DNA of 64,000 bases from an uncultured delta proteobacterium. Lineage in GTDB: Bacteria; Desulfobacterota; Binatia; Binatales; Binataceae. Numbering within the stretch: position 1 is the first letter of the stretch; every line of letters starts with the position of its first letter. This document shows positions 27,392 to 37,375 of the stretch, piece by piece. The notes under the pieces are model-generated. The model was not told where the DNA came from and searched no databases. It worked only from the letters and a program-made list of their open reading frames with translations. Made by a program: the position numbers and the translations under genes. The stretch is from contig CAWIHG010000003.1 of assembly GCA_963835905.1 (NCBI GenBank), forward strand, positions 152,857-216,856, written 5' to 3'.

Positions 27392-28603
27392 CTACTCACA
27401 ATTGCACGACGCGCTTGAGCCTGCCTTCGCCATCGCGCTGCAAGAGGCGGCCACCGGGCGCAGCGCCGCTGCCGGCGCCTGGCTGCGCAGCAGCACCGCG
27501 CGGATCGCGCGCTGCCACGCGTTGCTTAGCTGCGCGTAGCAATCGACGGTCGGACGCGCGCGCACTTCGTCATGCATCGCGGTGAATCCCGCGTAAAGGG
27601 CGGCGTCGGGGCTGCCCGGTACCGGCGCGATCGAGCCGTACCAACCCAGCATCGCGCTCAACCGGCGTTGCTCCTTGTCCTGCAAGAGATAGGCGAGAAA
27701 CCGGCGCGCGAGTTCCGGGTGTGGCGCGGAGGTTGGAATCGCCAGGTACCCGCCGCCAAGGACCGCCGCCGTGCCGTCGGGCCCGGCGGGAATCGGAGCG
27801 CTCGCATCGACTTGCGGCGCCAGTCCCTTGCCGGCGAGATAGCTCATCGCGAATGGCCAGTTGAAGTGTATCCAGACCGAGCCGCGCGCCTGCGCCTCGA
27901 GCACCGACATTTCGCGGAACACCGCCGACTGCGGATTGAGGTACGGCGCGAGCCGGGAGAGGAAATCGAACGCGCGCAATGAGCCGGGCGATCGCGGCTC
28001 GAGCTCGCCGCCGCCGGCGCTCCACACAAACGGCATCACGTCGCAGATCGCGCCCTCGTAGCGCGCCGCCTTGAACACGACCTTGCCGGGATTGTGCTGG
28101 GCGAATTTCATCAGCTGATCCCACGTCGCCGGCGGATTCGGCACCCGGACCCGATTGTAGATCATCGCCTCCCACATCAGGCGATGTGGAACGAACCTGA
28201 CGTGGCCGTCGAAGGTTGCCGCCCGCCACGCAGCGGAAGGAAACAGCGCTCGAGCGGCCGGAGTAATCAGCGCGTCGAGATTGCGCACGTCGCCCCGCGC
28301 GCGCCCGAGCGTCGCAAGGTCGAGCTCGACCAGGTCGAGCGAGCCGTGGCCCGCTCCCGCTTCCGCTTCAAGCACGCGCAGGATATCGGAGTAGCTTTGC
28401 GCGACTATTGCTACGTGAGCGCCGGAGGCGTGCTCGAACTGTTGCGCGAAAATCCGGTAGCGCGCCGCCTCCGCGGGGAAAACCGCAAGCGCGATCGACA
28501 GATTGTTCGGCGGCGCGGCTGAGTGCCGGTTGCATCCGGGCAGCGCAGCGCCAAGCGCGAGCGCAAGGACGATGGCACAAGCTGGTAAGGCCGCGGTCGA
28601 CAT
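27392..28603 (-). CDS. ABC transporter substrate-binding lipoprotein (family 1 extracellular solute-binding protein)
   Basis: Start MSTAALPACAIVLALALGAALPGC (lipobox). About 400-aa SBP fold. Lies upstream of the two permeases and the ATPase in one operon. Confidence 0.75.
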   Translation of the reverse strand: MSTAALPACAIVLALALGAALPGCNRHSAAPPNNLSIALAVFPAEAARYRIFAQQFEHASGAHVAIVAQSYSDILRVLEAEAGAGHGSLDLVELDLATLGRARGDVRNLDALITPAARALFPSAAWRAATFDGHVRFVPHRLMWEAMIYNRVRVPNPPATWDQLMKFAQHNPGKVVFKAARYEGAICDVMPFVWSAGGGELEPRSPGSLRAFDFLSRLAPYLNPQSAVFREMSVLEAQARGSVWIHFNWPFAMSYLAGKGLAPQVDASAPIPAGPDGTAAVLGGGYLAIPTSAPHPELARRFLAYLLQDKEQRRLSAMLGWYGSIAPVPGSPDAALYAGFTAMHDEVRARPTVDCYAQLSNAWQRAIRAVLLRSQAPAAALRPVAASCSAMAKAGSSASCNCE

Positions 28604-28641
28604 GATCGCGCGCGCGTCGGTTTCACCCGTGCGAGCCGGGG

Positions 28642-29487
28642 CTAGATAGAGTCCTGAACCGGTTGCGCGGCGAGCGCGGCCCCGAGTTCGCTCAGCGTGC
28701 GCACCACGTCGGCGGGACTCTCGACGCGCCATCGGGCCCAGCTTGCACGCGGTGCGCCGACCAGCACGCCTACGCCATCCTCGCGCAGCTCGCGGAAGGC
28801 GTCCTCGTCGGTGGTGTCGTCGCCGAAGTAAATGGGACGCGAGACGGGCGGACCGGCTTCACGCTGAATCGCGCGGACGGCGGCGCCCTTGCCGGCGGCG
28901 TCGCGCGGCAGCATCTCGTCGATCATCTTGCCTCGCAAAACCCGCAGCCGCGCGGTACGCGCCTGAACGAATCGCGCCAGTGCGCGGCGGATGCGCGCGG
29001 CGGTCTCCGCGTCGGCCATCCGGTAGTGAAACGCGATCGCGACGCGCTTGTCCTCGATCACAAAGCCGCAGTTAGCAGGCACGTGGCGCACCAGCCACTC
29101 GCGCACGAGATCGAGGTCGGGGATCACCGATTCGACGCCGGGCGCCAGATGGTGCCGGCCGCCGGAGTCCATCAGCTCCAGACCGTGCACGCCCGAAAAC
29201 AGTACGCCGCTATCGACTCCGAGCATGCGTTTGACCTCGGAGATCGTGCGCCCGGTAATAATCGCGAGCTGGACACGATCGGGGTGCGCGGTCAGTGCGG
29301 CAAGCGCCTCGCCCGCACCGTAGATCGGGTGCGCCTGTGCGGGATGCGCGGCGATTTCGGACAAGGTGCCGTCGTAATCGAGGCAAATCAGCAGGCGTTC
29401 GCGCTCCGCGATGCGCTCGATCAGGCCGGAGGGAAGCGCAGTAGGTGTTTCAGTCGGCTGCGTCGTCGATTTGCTGCGGCTGTTCAA
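28642..29487 (-). CDS. otsB: trehalose-6-phosphate phosphatase (HAD superfamily)
   Basis: HAD motif I LICLDYDGTLS, and motifs II–III (…AIITGR…, …YFGDDTTDEDAF…). Immediately downstream of, and overlapping, the trehalose-6-phosphate synthase gene. Confidence 0.8.
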   Translation of the reverse strand: MNSRSKSTTQPTETPTALPSGLIERIAERERLLICLDYDGTLSEIAAHPAQAHPIYGAGEALAALTAHPDRVQLAIITGRTISEVKRMLGVDSGVLFSGVHGLELMDSGGRHHLAPGVESVIPDLDLVREWLVRHVPANCGFVIEDKRVAIAFHYRMADAETAARIRRALARFVQARTARLRVLRGKMIDEMLPRDAAGKGAAVRAIQREAGPPVSRPIYFGDDTTDEDAFRELREDGVGVLVGAPRASWARWRVESPADVVRTLSELGAALAAQPVQDSI

Positions 29488-30949
29488 GCGGAACTCTCCC
29501 GGTCAGAGCATTGATAAAGCTGTCGGACCACACGTCGAGATTGTTGGCGCGAACGCGCGCGCGCAGCGCACGCATCCGGTGCGCGCGCACCTCGGGCGGC
29601 ATCGCCAGCGCCTGCTTGAGGCGCGCGGCGATTTCGTCCACGTCGTAGGGATTGACCAGCAGGGCTTCCTTGAGCTCCTCGGCGGCGCCGGCGAACTCGC
29701 TCAGGATCAGCACGCCGTCGTCGTCCGGATGCGAGGCGATGTATTCCTTGGAAACCAGGTTCATGCCGTCGCGCAGCGGCGTGAGCAGAGCAACCTCGCT
29801 GGCCTGGTAGTAGGCAATCAGTTCCTCGGGTGTGAACTGGGTGTAGAGGTATCGAATCGGGACCCATCCTTCGAAGGAGAAGCGCCCAATGACGCGTCCG
29901 ATTTGTTCGTCGAGCTGGCGCTTGAGCTGCGCGTAGTCGCCAACCTTGGTGCGCGACGGCACCGCGATCAGAACCATCGTGACGCGGCGATGATAGCCGG
30001 GGTTCTGCTCCAGGAAGCGCTCGAAGCCGTACACGCGCTCCAGGATTCCCTTGGTGTAATCGAGCCGATCCACGCCCAGCACAATCTGTTGATTGCGCAG
30101 CGCCCGCCGAATCCGCGTGACGCGCTCGCGCACGCGCTCGGAGGCTGCGAGCTCCTCGAAGTAATCGACTGGGATTCCGAGTGGAAACGCGCCGACCCGG
30201 ACCACGCGACCGTCAAAGGTTACTTCGCCGCGCGCGCGATCGACCTGCGCCTCGAGCAGGCGTTCGCACGCGTTGATGAAATGCACGACGTAGGGACGGG
30301 TATGGAATCCGATCAGATCCGCCCCGAGCATCCCGGCCAGCAGCTCGCGCCGCCACGGAAACACGCGGAAGACCTGCTCGGGCGGAAACGGGACGTGCCA
30401 GAAAATTCCGATCGGGAGATCCGGCCGCTGCGCCCGAATCATCCGCGGGGTGAGCGCAAGATGAAAGTCCTGCACCCAGACCACGTCGGCGGAACGCGAC
30501 TCGCGGGCGACGGCGGCGGCGAAATTCTGATTGACCCGCTGATAGACATTCCATTGGGCCCGGTTGAAGTGGCAGATCGGCGTCATGAAGTGCATCAGCG
30601 GCCACAGTCCGCGATTACACATACCGTAGTAGTATTGGGAGACGTCGCGTTCGGTGAGATCGACAAAGACCAGCTCAAAGCGGGGATTGGTGGGCGGCAT
30701 CGGCACCCGGCGCGCCTGGGTACGGCCACCCGCCCAGGCAATCCACACGCCGCCGTCGCGCTCCAGCAGGCGCATGAAAGTGCTGCCCACGCCACCGACG
30801 GTGGGCTGAATTCTCTCTTCGCCGTCGGTCTGCACCATGCGAACCGGCGCCCGATTCGAGACCACGATCAGGCGCCGTCCGCTGCGCCGCTCGGTGCGCG
30901 GGGTCCGGCCATTGCTGGGCGAATCGAGTTCCGGTCTTGCGGTCATCAT
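29450..30949 (-). CDS. otsA: alpha,alpha-trehalose-phosphate synthase (GT20)
   Basis: Start MMTARPE (ATG 30949, GGAGG RBS). [10 protein letters not shown]...[10 protein letters not shown]...GLWPLMH...DYTKGI... are OtsA hallmarks. The ORF-track N-terminal extension (Arg-rich) was rejected. Confidence 0.85.
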   Translation of the reverse strand: MMTARPELDSPSNGRTPRTERRSGRRLIVVSNRAPVRMVQTDGEERIQPTVGGVGSTFMRLLERDGGVWIAWAGGRTQARRVPMPPTNPRFELVFVDLTERDVSQYYYGMCNRGLWPLMHFMTPICHFNRAQWNVYQRVNQNFAAAVARESRSADVVWVQDFHLALTPRMIRAQRPDLPIGIFWHVPFPPEQVFRVFPWRRELLAGMLGADLIGFHTRPYVVHFINACERLLEAQVDRARGEVTFDGRVVRVGAFPLGIPVDYFEELAASERVRERVTRIRRALRNQQIVLGVDRLDYTKGILERVYGFERFLEQNPGYHRRVTMVLIAVPSRTKVGDYAQLKRQLDEQIGRVIGRFSFEGWVPIRYLYTQFTPEELIAYYQASEVALLTPLRDGMNLVSKEYIASHPDDDGVLILSEFAGAAEELKEALLVNPYDVDEIAARLKQALAMPPEVRAHRMRALRARVRANNLDVWSDSFINALTGRVPLEQPQQIDDAAD

Positions 30950-31109
30950 CCTCCTTCGGGGCAAATGCGGCCGCGCCGGCCGCAGCGGCGCCGGGCACAT
31001 ACAGGTCGAGCCAGAGACCGTGGTTTGGAAAAATATAGTACCGCGAAGGGTTCCGCGCCGGCAACCGCGGCGGATTTTCGCGAGTGACGCGGTGATTACG
31101 CGGGCGGAT

Positions 31110-32516
31110 TCATTCGCGGCGCGCAGCGCGGGGAAGTTTCGCCGACGCTTCTTCGGGCGTGTCCTCGAGCTTGCGATACAGCGTCTTGCGGTCGATTCCG
31201 AGTATCGCGGCGGCCTCGCTCTTGTTGCCGTCAACCGACGCAAGTGTCGTGCGGATATACTCGTGCTCCAGTTCGTCGAGCGTCAGCCCCATCGCCACCG
31301 CGCCGTCGAGGTTGACGCGCGAGACCGCGGCGCCCGAGATGCGCGGAGGCAGGTCGCCGTGCGTGATCCGATCGCTCCGGCACAGGATTGCCGCGTGCTG
31401 AATCGCGTTCTGAAGCTCGCGCACATTGCCCGGCCATGGGTGGCGCGCAAGGCAGGCCATCGCCTCATCGTCGAGCTGCAGCGTCGGCCGTCCCGACTCG
31501 GCAGCCGCGCGCGCGGTGAAGTGACGGGCGAGCAGGGCGATATCTTCGGGGCGTTCGCGCAGAGGCGGGATCGCGATCGTCACGGTCGCAATCCGGTAGA
31601 AGAGATCGGGGCGAAAGCGCCCCGCCGCGATCGCGTCCTCGAGCTTGGTATTGGTCGCCGCGACGATCCGCACGTCCACCGAAGTCTCGCGGGTCGCGCC
31701 GACCGGGCGCACGCGATGGTCCTCGATCACGCGCAGTAGCTTGACCTGCAGCGCCGGCGGCATTTCGCCAATCTCGTCCAGAAACAGGGTCCCGCCGTGC
31801 GCGGACTGGAACAGGCCCTGCTTGGCCTGGCGCGCGTCGGTGAAGGCGCCGCGCTCGTGGCCGAACAGCTCGCTCTCGAGCAGGTTGTCCGGGATCGCCG
31901 CGCAGTTGATCGCAACGAAGGGGCCCTCGTGGCGCGGGCTGTGATAGTGCAGCGCGCGCGCGAACAAATCCTTGCCCACGCCGCTTTCCCCGGTTATCAG
32001 CACGGCCGCGGTGGTGTCGGCGACGTGTTTGAGCACTTCGAGCTGCGCGCGCATCTTTTCGCTGCGCGTCAGGATGGTGTCGAAGCCGTAGCGCTGCGCC
32101 AGTTCGTCGCGCAGCCGGTGAACTTCGCGGCGCAGGCGGCGATCGTCCAGCGCGCGCTCGACCACCAGCAGCAGCTCGTCGTTGCTGAAGGGCTTGGTGA
32201 TATAATCGAACGCGCCCAGCCGCATCGATTCGACCGCGGTCTCGATTGAGCCGAAGGCGGTGATAATCACCACCGGCAGATCGGGGGCCAATGTCTTGAG
32301 CTCGCGCTGGAGCTGATGCCCCGACATCCCGCTCATCCGCAGATCCGAGATGAGCAGGTCGGGATGCTCGCGTGCGACGACCTGCATCGCCTCGGCGCCC
32401 GAGTTGGCGCGCAGGGTCTGGTAGCCGGCGTCGCCCAGCACGTCGCCGAGCATACTCACCATCTCACGGTCGTCATCGACGATCAGGATACGCAGATTTT
32501 CAATTCTGGTGGTCAA
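31110..32516 (-). CDS. sigma-54-dependent response regulator (NtrC family)
   Basis: Receiver domain (ILIVDDDREM...D), AAA+ sigma-54 activation domain (GESGVGKDLFARALH, GAFTDA, ESELFGHERGAFT) and C-terminal Fis-type HTH. Confidence 0.9.
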   Translation of the reverse strand: MTTRIENLRILIVDDDREMVSMLGDVLGDAGYQTLRANSGAEAMQVVAREHPDLLISDLRMSGMSGHQLQRELKTLAPDLPVVIITAFGSIETAVESMRLGAFDYITKPFSNDELLLVVERALDDRRLRREVHRLRDELAQRYGFDTILTRSEKMRAQLEVLKHVADTTAAVLITGESGVGKDLFARALHYHSPRHEGPFVAINCAAIPDNLLESELFGHERGAFTDARQAKQGLFQSAHGGTLFLDEIGEMPPALQVKLLRVIEDHRVRPVGATRETSVDVRIVAATNTKLEDAIAAGRFRPDLFYRIATVTIAIPPLRERPEDIALLARHFTARAAAESGRPTLQLDDEAMACLARHPWPGNVRELQNAIQHAAILCRSDRITHGDLPPRISGAAVSRVNLDGAVAMGLTLDELEHEYIRTTLASVDGNKSEAAAILGIDRKTLYRKLEDTPEEASAKLPRAARRE

Positions 32517-34084
32517 GCGATTTTTCTCACTTCGGCTGCCGGCATTTCCCGCAGCGGCAGGGTAATGGCCATCCGCGCGCCCGCCTGGGTGGACTCGACC
32601 GCGATCTCACCCTCGTGATCGCGGACGATGGTTTCGCTGACTGCCAGGCCCATGCCGGTGCCCTTGCCAGGCTCCTTGGTGGTGAAAAACGGATCGAAGA
32701 TGCGCGCGCGAATATCGGGGGAGATTCCCGGTCCGGTGTCGGCAAATACGATCCGGACCGCGGGGTGATCTCCCGTGCCGGTCCGCCGCGCCGCGACGGT
32801 CAGAGAGCCGCCGCCTTCCATTGCATCGAGCGCGTTCACGCCCAGGTTCACGAAGACCTGCTGCAGCTGGTCAACGTCGCAGCGAACCGGAAGGGGCGCG
32901 TCGCCGAGATCGACATTGCATTTGACGTTGCGGCGCGCGGCCTCGGTCTCGAGCAGGGCCATGGTGCGCTGCACGATCGGGCGCAGATCGCAGACCGCGA
33001 AGCTTCGCTCGCGGCGGCTGCCGAGATTCAGCAGCATCCGGACGATCCGCGAGATGCGATCGATCTGGTTAATGATAATTTCGAGTCCTTCGCCGGTGCG
33101 CGGGGGATTCTGCCGATTCGAGAGCAGGTACTCGGCGCGGCCCCGAATCACGTTGAGCGGCGTGCCAATTTCATGCGCCAGGCCCGAGGCGAGCGTTCCG
33201 ATCGCGGCGAGCTTGTCGGCCCGGCGCAACTCGCGCTCGAGCTCGAGCTTGCGCTCGCTCTCATCGACCAGGCGCGCGCGCGCCGTGTCGAGTTCTTGGG
33301 CCAGGCGGCGGAACTCTTCGCTGAGAAACTCGACTTCGTCGCCGGATTCCACCGGCTCGATTTGCTCCTCGCTGGAGAGCCGCGTGACCCGGTCCGACAA
33401 CTCGGCAAGTGGCCGCGCCACGTAGCGTTGGCTGACCACCGGGATCACAACGGCGATAAACAGGGCAACAATCAGCGACGCGATCATCGCGGTCTCCAGC
33501 CGCGTGCGCAGGTCGTTCTCGACGTCGTTCCAGCGCTGCCCGATGAGGAGAATTCCGTCGGGTTTGCCCGAATGCGCTTCGAGCGCCACCGCCCGGCAGA
33601 ACCAGTAGGTCGAGCCGCGATTGGCCATGAACTCAGTTCCATTGCCGGCCAGAGCGCGGCGAATCTGCTCCGGCGCCGGAGCAGGCTCGATGGGAAACCC
33701 GTCGGGCAGGATCATCGGCTTGCCATCGAGTCCGAACACGCCCGCGGCTACGTCGTCCTGGTGTACCCGCGCGAGCGCGCTCCTGATGTCGCCCCACTCG
33801 CGCAAGTCGATATCCGGGCCCAGCGCGGCCTGCAGGGCGCGGGTCGTCGCACGAGTTTCGCGCTTGAGATCCTCGACGTAGGAGCGGGTGGACTGGTGGA
33901 CGTTGAAATACATGTAGGCGCCGATCACCGGAATCACGCAAAGCAGCAGGATAGTGGTGAGACGCGTCGCGATTTTCACGGGCTTATTATATCGAGATCT
34001 CCCTTCGTAATGCGCCGCCACAAGAAGCGGCCCTCGCGGCACGCGTGGCTGGACTTCGCTGGCAAGGTGACCGACAAAGCGCAT
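32513..34084 (-). CDS. sensor histidine kinase (2 TM + HAMP + HisKA + HATPase_c)
   Basis: H-box LAAIGTLASGLAHEIGTPLNVIRG, N/G1/G2 boxes (NLGVNALDAM, DTGPGI, GTGMGLAV). Start codon uncertain: ATG 34084 or GTG ~33984. Confidence 0.85.
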   Translation of the reverse strand: MRFVGHLASEVQPRVPRGPLLVAAHYEGRSRYNKPVKIATRLTTILLLCVIPVIGAYMYFNVHQSTRSYVEDLKRETRATTRALQAALGPDIDLREWGDIRSALARVHQDDVAAGVFGLDGKPMILPDGFPIEPAPAPEQIRRALAGNGTEFMANRGSTYWFCRAVALEAHSGKPDGILLIGQRWNDVENDLRTRLETAMIASLIVALFIAVVIPVVSQRYVARPLAELSDRVTRLSSEEQIEPVESGDEVEFLSEEFRRLAQELDTARARLVDESERKLELERELRRADKLAAIGTLASGLAHEIGTPLNVIRGRAEYLLSNRQNPPRTGEGLEIIINQIDRISRIVRMLLNLGSRRERSFAVCDLRPIVQRTMALLETEAARRNVKCNVDLGDAPLPVRCDVDQLQQVFVNLGVNALDAMEGGGSLTVAARRTGTGDHPAVRIVFADTGPGISPDIRARIFDPFFTTKEPGKGTGMGLAVSETIVRDHEGEIAVESTQAGARMAITLPLREMPAAEVRKIA

Positions 34085-34137
34085 ATACGCGACAAATCAG
34101 CGAAGACCGTGCCATTGATGCGCATGAAAATTGCGGC

Positions 34138-34152
34138 TGGCACACGCGATGC
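34138..34152 (+). promoter_or_regulatory. candidate sigma-54 (-24/-12) promoter, plus strand
   Basis: TGGCACacgcgATGC matches TGGCAC-N5-TTGC at every conserved position except one T. No annotated plus-strand gene lies downstream. Confidence 0.4.
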
Positions 34153-34468
34153 CTTTTCGTCGCTTGGAATGAGGATTCCGCGGGAATTCCGCGAGGGCCC
34201 CATTTTGAGCCGAACTCTCGATCGTTGCCATTTGCCCCAGCGCTGAGGACTTTCGCCCGACCGGCGGCGCGGACGGCACAGAAATTCTGAGCATCGCAGG
34301 GAGTCGGTCGATGGCACTCATCTTGCCCTACCCAGTAACAGCCGAGTGCGGATCTTCCGAAATTTCCCGGGTCGGCATGGCGCGATCTGACAATAAGTTC
34401 TGACCGTCTCCGCGACGGTCAAAGCGGCACCGTGAGGCAGGGTCCGGTCCCCCCGCCCGGCCTTACGC

Positions 34469-34530
34469 GGGGCAGCTCCCGGCAAGCGCGAGCCCGAACC
34501 TCGCAGTTGGGGCTGCCCCTTTTCTCTTCC
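34469..34530 (+). terminator. plus-strand intrinsic terminator-like hairpin + T-tract
   Basis: GGGGCAGC...(35-nt loop with internal pairing)...GCTGCCCC followed by TTTTCTCTTCC. The U-tract is on the plus strand only. Confidence 0.4.
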
Positions 34531-34542
34531 GGCCTGGGACTT

Positions 34543-37260
34543 TCACGGTGCGGACGCCCGCCGCCGTATCCGGCGCGCTAATTTGACGCTTTCGAGGACG
34601 GCGAGCGGAAGGGCCGCAAGCATGACCTCTTCCACGCAACCGGTTAGCGACAGCGATTGAGTGCCGAAGATGGGTTGCAGCGTTTCGCTCTGCGTGATGG
34701 CGAGCTGGAGCGCGAAGCTGCCCGCGACGATCGCGAGCAGGCGCAGGGTGGAGGGCGCGGACGCCTCGAACATGCTTCGCTCCATGCTGCGCGACCCGAA
34801 CGACCGCAGCAGCTCCTCGGTGACAAGCACGAAAAAGCCCGCGCTGCGCGCCGCCGCGGCTGAACCTGTCGCATGCAGTTCCAATCCGAACGCGGTCAAA
34901 GTGACGGCGGCCGTCATGCATCCAATCAGCGCTACCCTGACGATGAAGCCGCGATCCATGATTTCCGCCGACGGTGCGCGCGGCGGGCGCACGAGCACGT
35001 CGGAATCCACCGGATCGGTCGCCAACGCCAGCGCCGGCAGGCCGTCGGTGACGAGGTTGATCCACAAAAGCTGGGTCGGGAGCAACGGCAGCGGCCATCC
35101 GACGAGCGCCGCCACCAGCATCACGAGCAGCTCACCCGCGTTACCTGCCATCAGGTAGCCAAGCGTCTTGACGATATTGTCGTAAACGCCGCGGCCTTCT
35201 TCGACGGCGGCGACGATCGAGGCGAAGTTGTCGTCGGCCAGCACGATATCGGCGGCTTGCCTGGTGACCTCGGTGCCCGCGATTCCCATCGCCACGCCGA
35301 TCGACGCCTCCTTGAGCGCGGGGGCGTCATTGACGCCGTCGCCGGTCATCGCAACCACGGCGCCAAGCGATTTCCATGCGCGTACGATTCGGAGCTTGTG
35401 CTCGGCCGTCACCCGTGCGAAGACCGACGTCGCTGGCGCGCGGCGCCTAAGTTCCTCATCCGGCATCCGCTCCAGCTCCGCGCCGGTCATTAGCTGGTCG
35501 CCGCGGCGCAGAATTTCCAGCTCGAGGGCGACGGCTCGCGCAGTCTCGGGATGATCCCCGGTGATCATGACCGTCCGGATGCCCGCGCGCGCGCATAGGC
35601 GCACCGCCTGGAGCGCCTCGGCGCGCGGTGGATCCTGCATACCGACCAGTCCAAGCAGCGTAAGTCCATTTTCGATGGCGTCGGGGTCGAGTGCCGACGC
35701 GTCTTCGTCGGGCGCAAGGACACGCTCTGCGCAGGCGATAATCCGTAGCGCTTCGGACGCCATCATCGCCGCCGCGCCGGCCATGCGTTCGCGCTCCGGG
35801 GCGGTCAGATCGATGACTCCCGAGGCGGTCAGCACGCGCGAGCATCGAGGCAGGATCGCTTCCGGCGCGCCCTTGACGAAGGCCGCCGTTCGCTCGCCGT
35901 CGCGCCGCACGACCGTCATCCGCTTGCGTTCCGAGCTGAACGGGATGGTGCGGACCGCGGGCATTTGCGCCTGGATCGCGTCAGGCTCGATTCCCGCCTT
36001 GAGAGCGAGCACCAGCAGGGCGCCCTCGGTCGGATCGCCTGCGATTGCGATGCGACCATCGCGCTCGATGATCTGGGCGCTGTTGCACGCTGCTCCGGCG
36101 CGCGCGGTTGCGACCAGGACCGGGTCGCGGGCAACTTCGCGCTCTCCGCCGCCGCCAAAGATGCCGCCGTCACGCGCGTAGCCTTCGCCGCTGACCGACC
36201 ATGTGCCTGATGCGCAGGTGACGCGCCGTGCAGTCATTTGTCCGACCGTGAGGGTGCCGGTTTTGTCGGTACAGATGACCTGGGCGCAGCCCAGGGTCTC
36301 GACCGAATGCAGCCGGCGGACCAGCGCGTGCCGCGCCGCCATCCGAGAGACCCCGAGTGCGAGACCGACCGTAACGATCGCCGGAAGCCCTTCGGGAATC
36401 GCGGCGACCGCCAATCCCACGGCACCCAGGAACAGTTCGAAGACGGGCGTCGCGCGCAGCCACCCGAGCGCGAACACCAGCACGACAATTCCAAGGCATG
36501 CCCACAGCAGCCGTTGACCCACGCGATCGAGTTGGCGCTGTAGCGGAGTCGCGGTGTCGGACGCGCTCTCGAGCATCCGGGCGATTTGGCCAAACTCGGT
36601 CGCCGAGCCGGTGGCGACTACGATCGCGCGTCCCTCGCCGCCCACCACGCTGGTGCCGAGGAAGAGCATATTGGTGCGATCGGGCAGCAGCGTGTCGGGG
36701 TTGAGGGCGGCCAGGGTTTTTTCGACCGGCTCCGACTCGCCGGTCAGAGCCGCCTCATTGGTGCGCAGCTCGGCGAGTTCCCCCACACGCGCGTCGGCCG
36801 CAACCAGGTCACCGGCTTCCAGCACCAGGATGTCGCCCGGAACGACTTCCTCGGCGGGGATGATCGCCGCCGACCCGCCGCGTACCACGCGCGCGCGTGG
36901 CGCGGTCAGCTTTGCCAGCGCCGCGACGGCGCGCTCCGCGCGATACTCCTGGAAGAATCCGATCGCACCGTTGAGCAGAACGATGGTTACGATTGCGGCC
37001 GCGTCGAGCTGCTCGCCGAGCAGGGCTGAAATGATCGCAGCCGCGGCAAGAATCCCGACCACGGCGCTGCGGAATTGGGCGAAGACGATCGGCCATGGAG
37101 AGATCTCGTGCTGGCGCGCGATTCGGTTCGGGCCATGCTCTGCGAGCCGCCGTGCGGCCTGGGCGGAGTCGAGTCCCCGCGCCGGATCGGTTGCGAGCGC
37201 GGCGGCCGCGTGGGCCGGACTCACCGAGTGCCACTGGATGTTGCTCGGAGTGCCGCTCAT
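34543..37260 (-). CDS. P-type ATPase, type IIA/IIB cation (Ca2+/Mg2+)-transporting
   Basis: Start MSGTPSNIQWH (ATG 37260). Cation_ATPase_N, phosphorylation site DKTGTLT, TGES actuator motif, hinge GDGVNDAPALK, 10 TM helices. Confidence 0.9.
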   Translation of the reverse strand: MSGTPSNIQWHSVSPAHAAAALATDPARGLDSAQAARRLAEHGPNRIARQHEISPWPIVFAQFRSAVVGILAAAAIISALLGEQLDAAAIVTIVLLNGAIGFFQEYRAERAVAALAKLTAPRARVVRGGSAAIIPAEEVVPGDILVLEAGDLVAADARVGELAELRTNEAALTGESEPVEKTLAALNPDTLLPDRTNMLFLGTSVVGGEGRAIVVATGSATEFGQIARMLESASDTATPLQRQLDRVGQRLLWACLGIVVLVFALGWLRATPVFELFLGAVGLAVAAIPEGLPAIVTVGLALGVSRMAARHALVRRLHSVETLGCAQVICTDKTGTLTVGQMTARRVTCASGTWSVSGEGYARDGGIFGGGGEREVARDPVLVATARAGAACNSAQIIERDGRIAIAGDPTEGALLVLALKAGIEPDAIQAQMPAVRTIPFSSERKRMTVVRRDGERTAAFVKGAPEAILPRCSRVLTASGVIDLTAPERERMAGAAAMMASEALRIIACAERVLAPDEDASALDPDAIENGLTLLGLVGMQDPPRAEALQAVRLCARAGIRTVMITGDHPETARAVALELEILRRGDQLMTGAELERMPDEELRRRAPATSVFARVTAEHKLRIVRAWKSLGAVVAMTGDGVNDAPALKEASIGVAMGIAGTEVTRQAADIVLADDNFASIVAAVEEGRGVYDNIVKTLGYLMAGNAGELLVMLVAALVGWPLPLLPTQLLWINLVTDGLPALALATDPVDSDVLVRPPRAPSAEIMDRGFIVRVALIGCMTAAVTLTAFGLELHATGSAAAARSAGFFVLVTEELLRSFGSRSMERSMFEASAPSTLRLLAIVAGSFALQLAITQSETLQPIFGTQSLSLTGCVEEVMLAALPLAVLESVKLARRIRRRASAP

Positions 37261-37375
37261 TGTAACGTTATCCGGATGCGGAGCCGGTAATGCTAGCATC
37301 CCGGGCCGCGCGTTTCGCAAATCGGAGCGCCGGGGCGCAAGCAGCGCAGGGGAACGGTATCAATCGCAGACGGAA

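Noticed and set aside
30950-31109. Sigma-54 promoter upstream of otsA
   Set aside because: Candidate GG/GC pairs (e.g. CTGGCTCGACCTGTATG) have wrong spacing. Nothing convincing was found by eye.
32372-34246. 624-aa plus-strand ORF antisense to the histidine kinase gene
   Set aside because: The translation is Arg/Ala/Gly-rich with no domain signatures. The kinase on the opposite strand has complete H, N, G1 and G2 boxes.
36554-37375. 270-aa N-terminal extension of the CaCA exchanger ORF (ORF track start 36554)
   Set aside because: It is antisense to the well-supported P-type ATPase and Ser/Ala/Arg-rich. The exchanger's first alpha-repeat begins right after ATG 37376.
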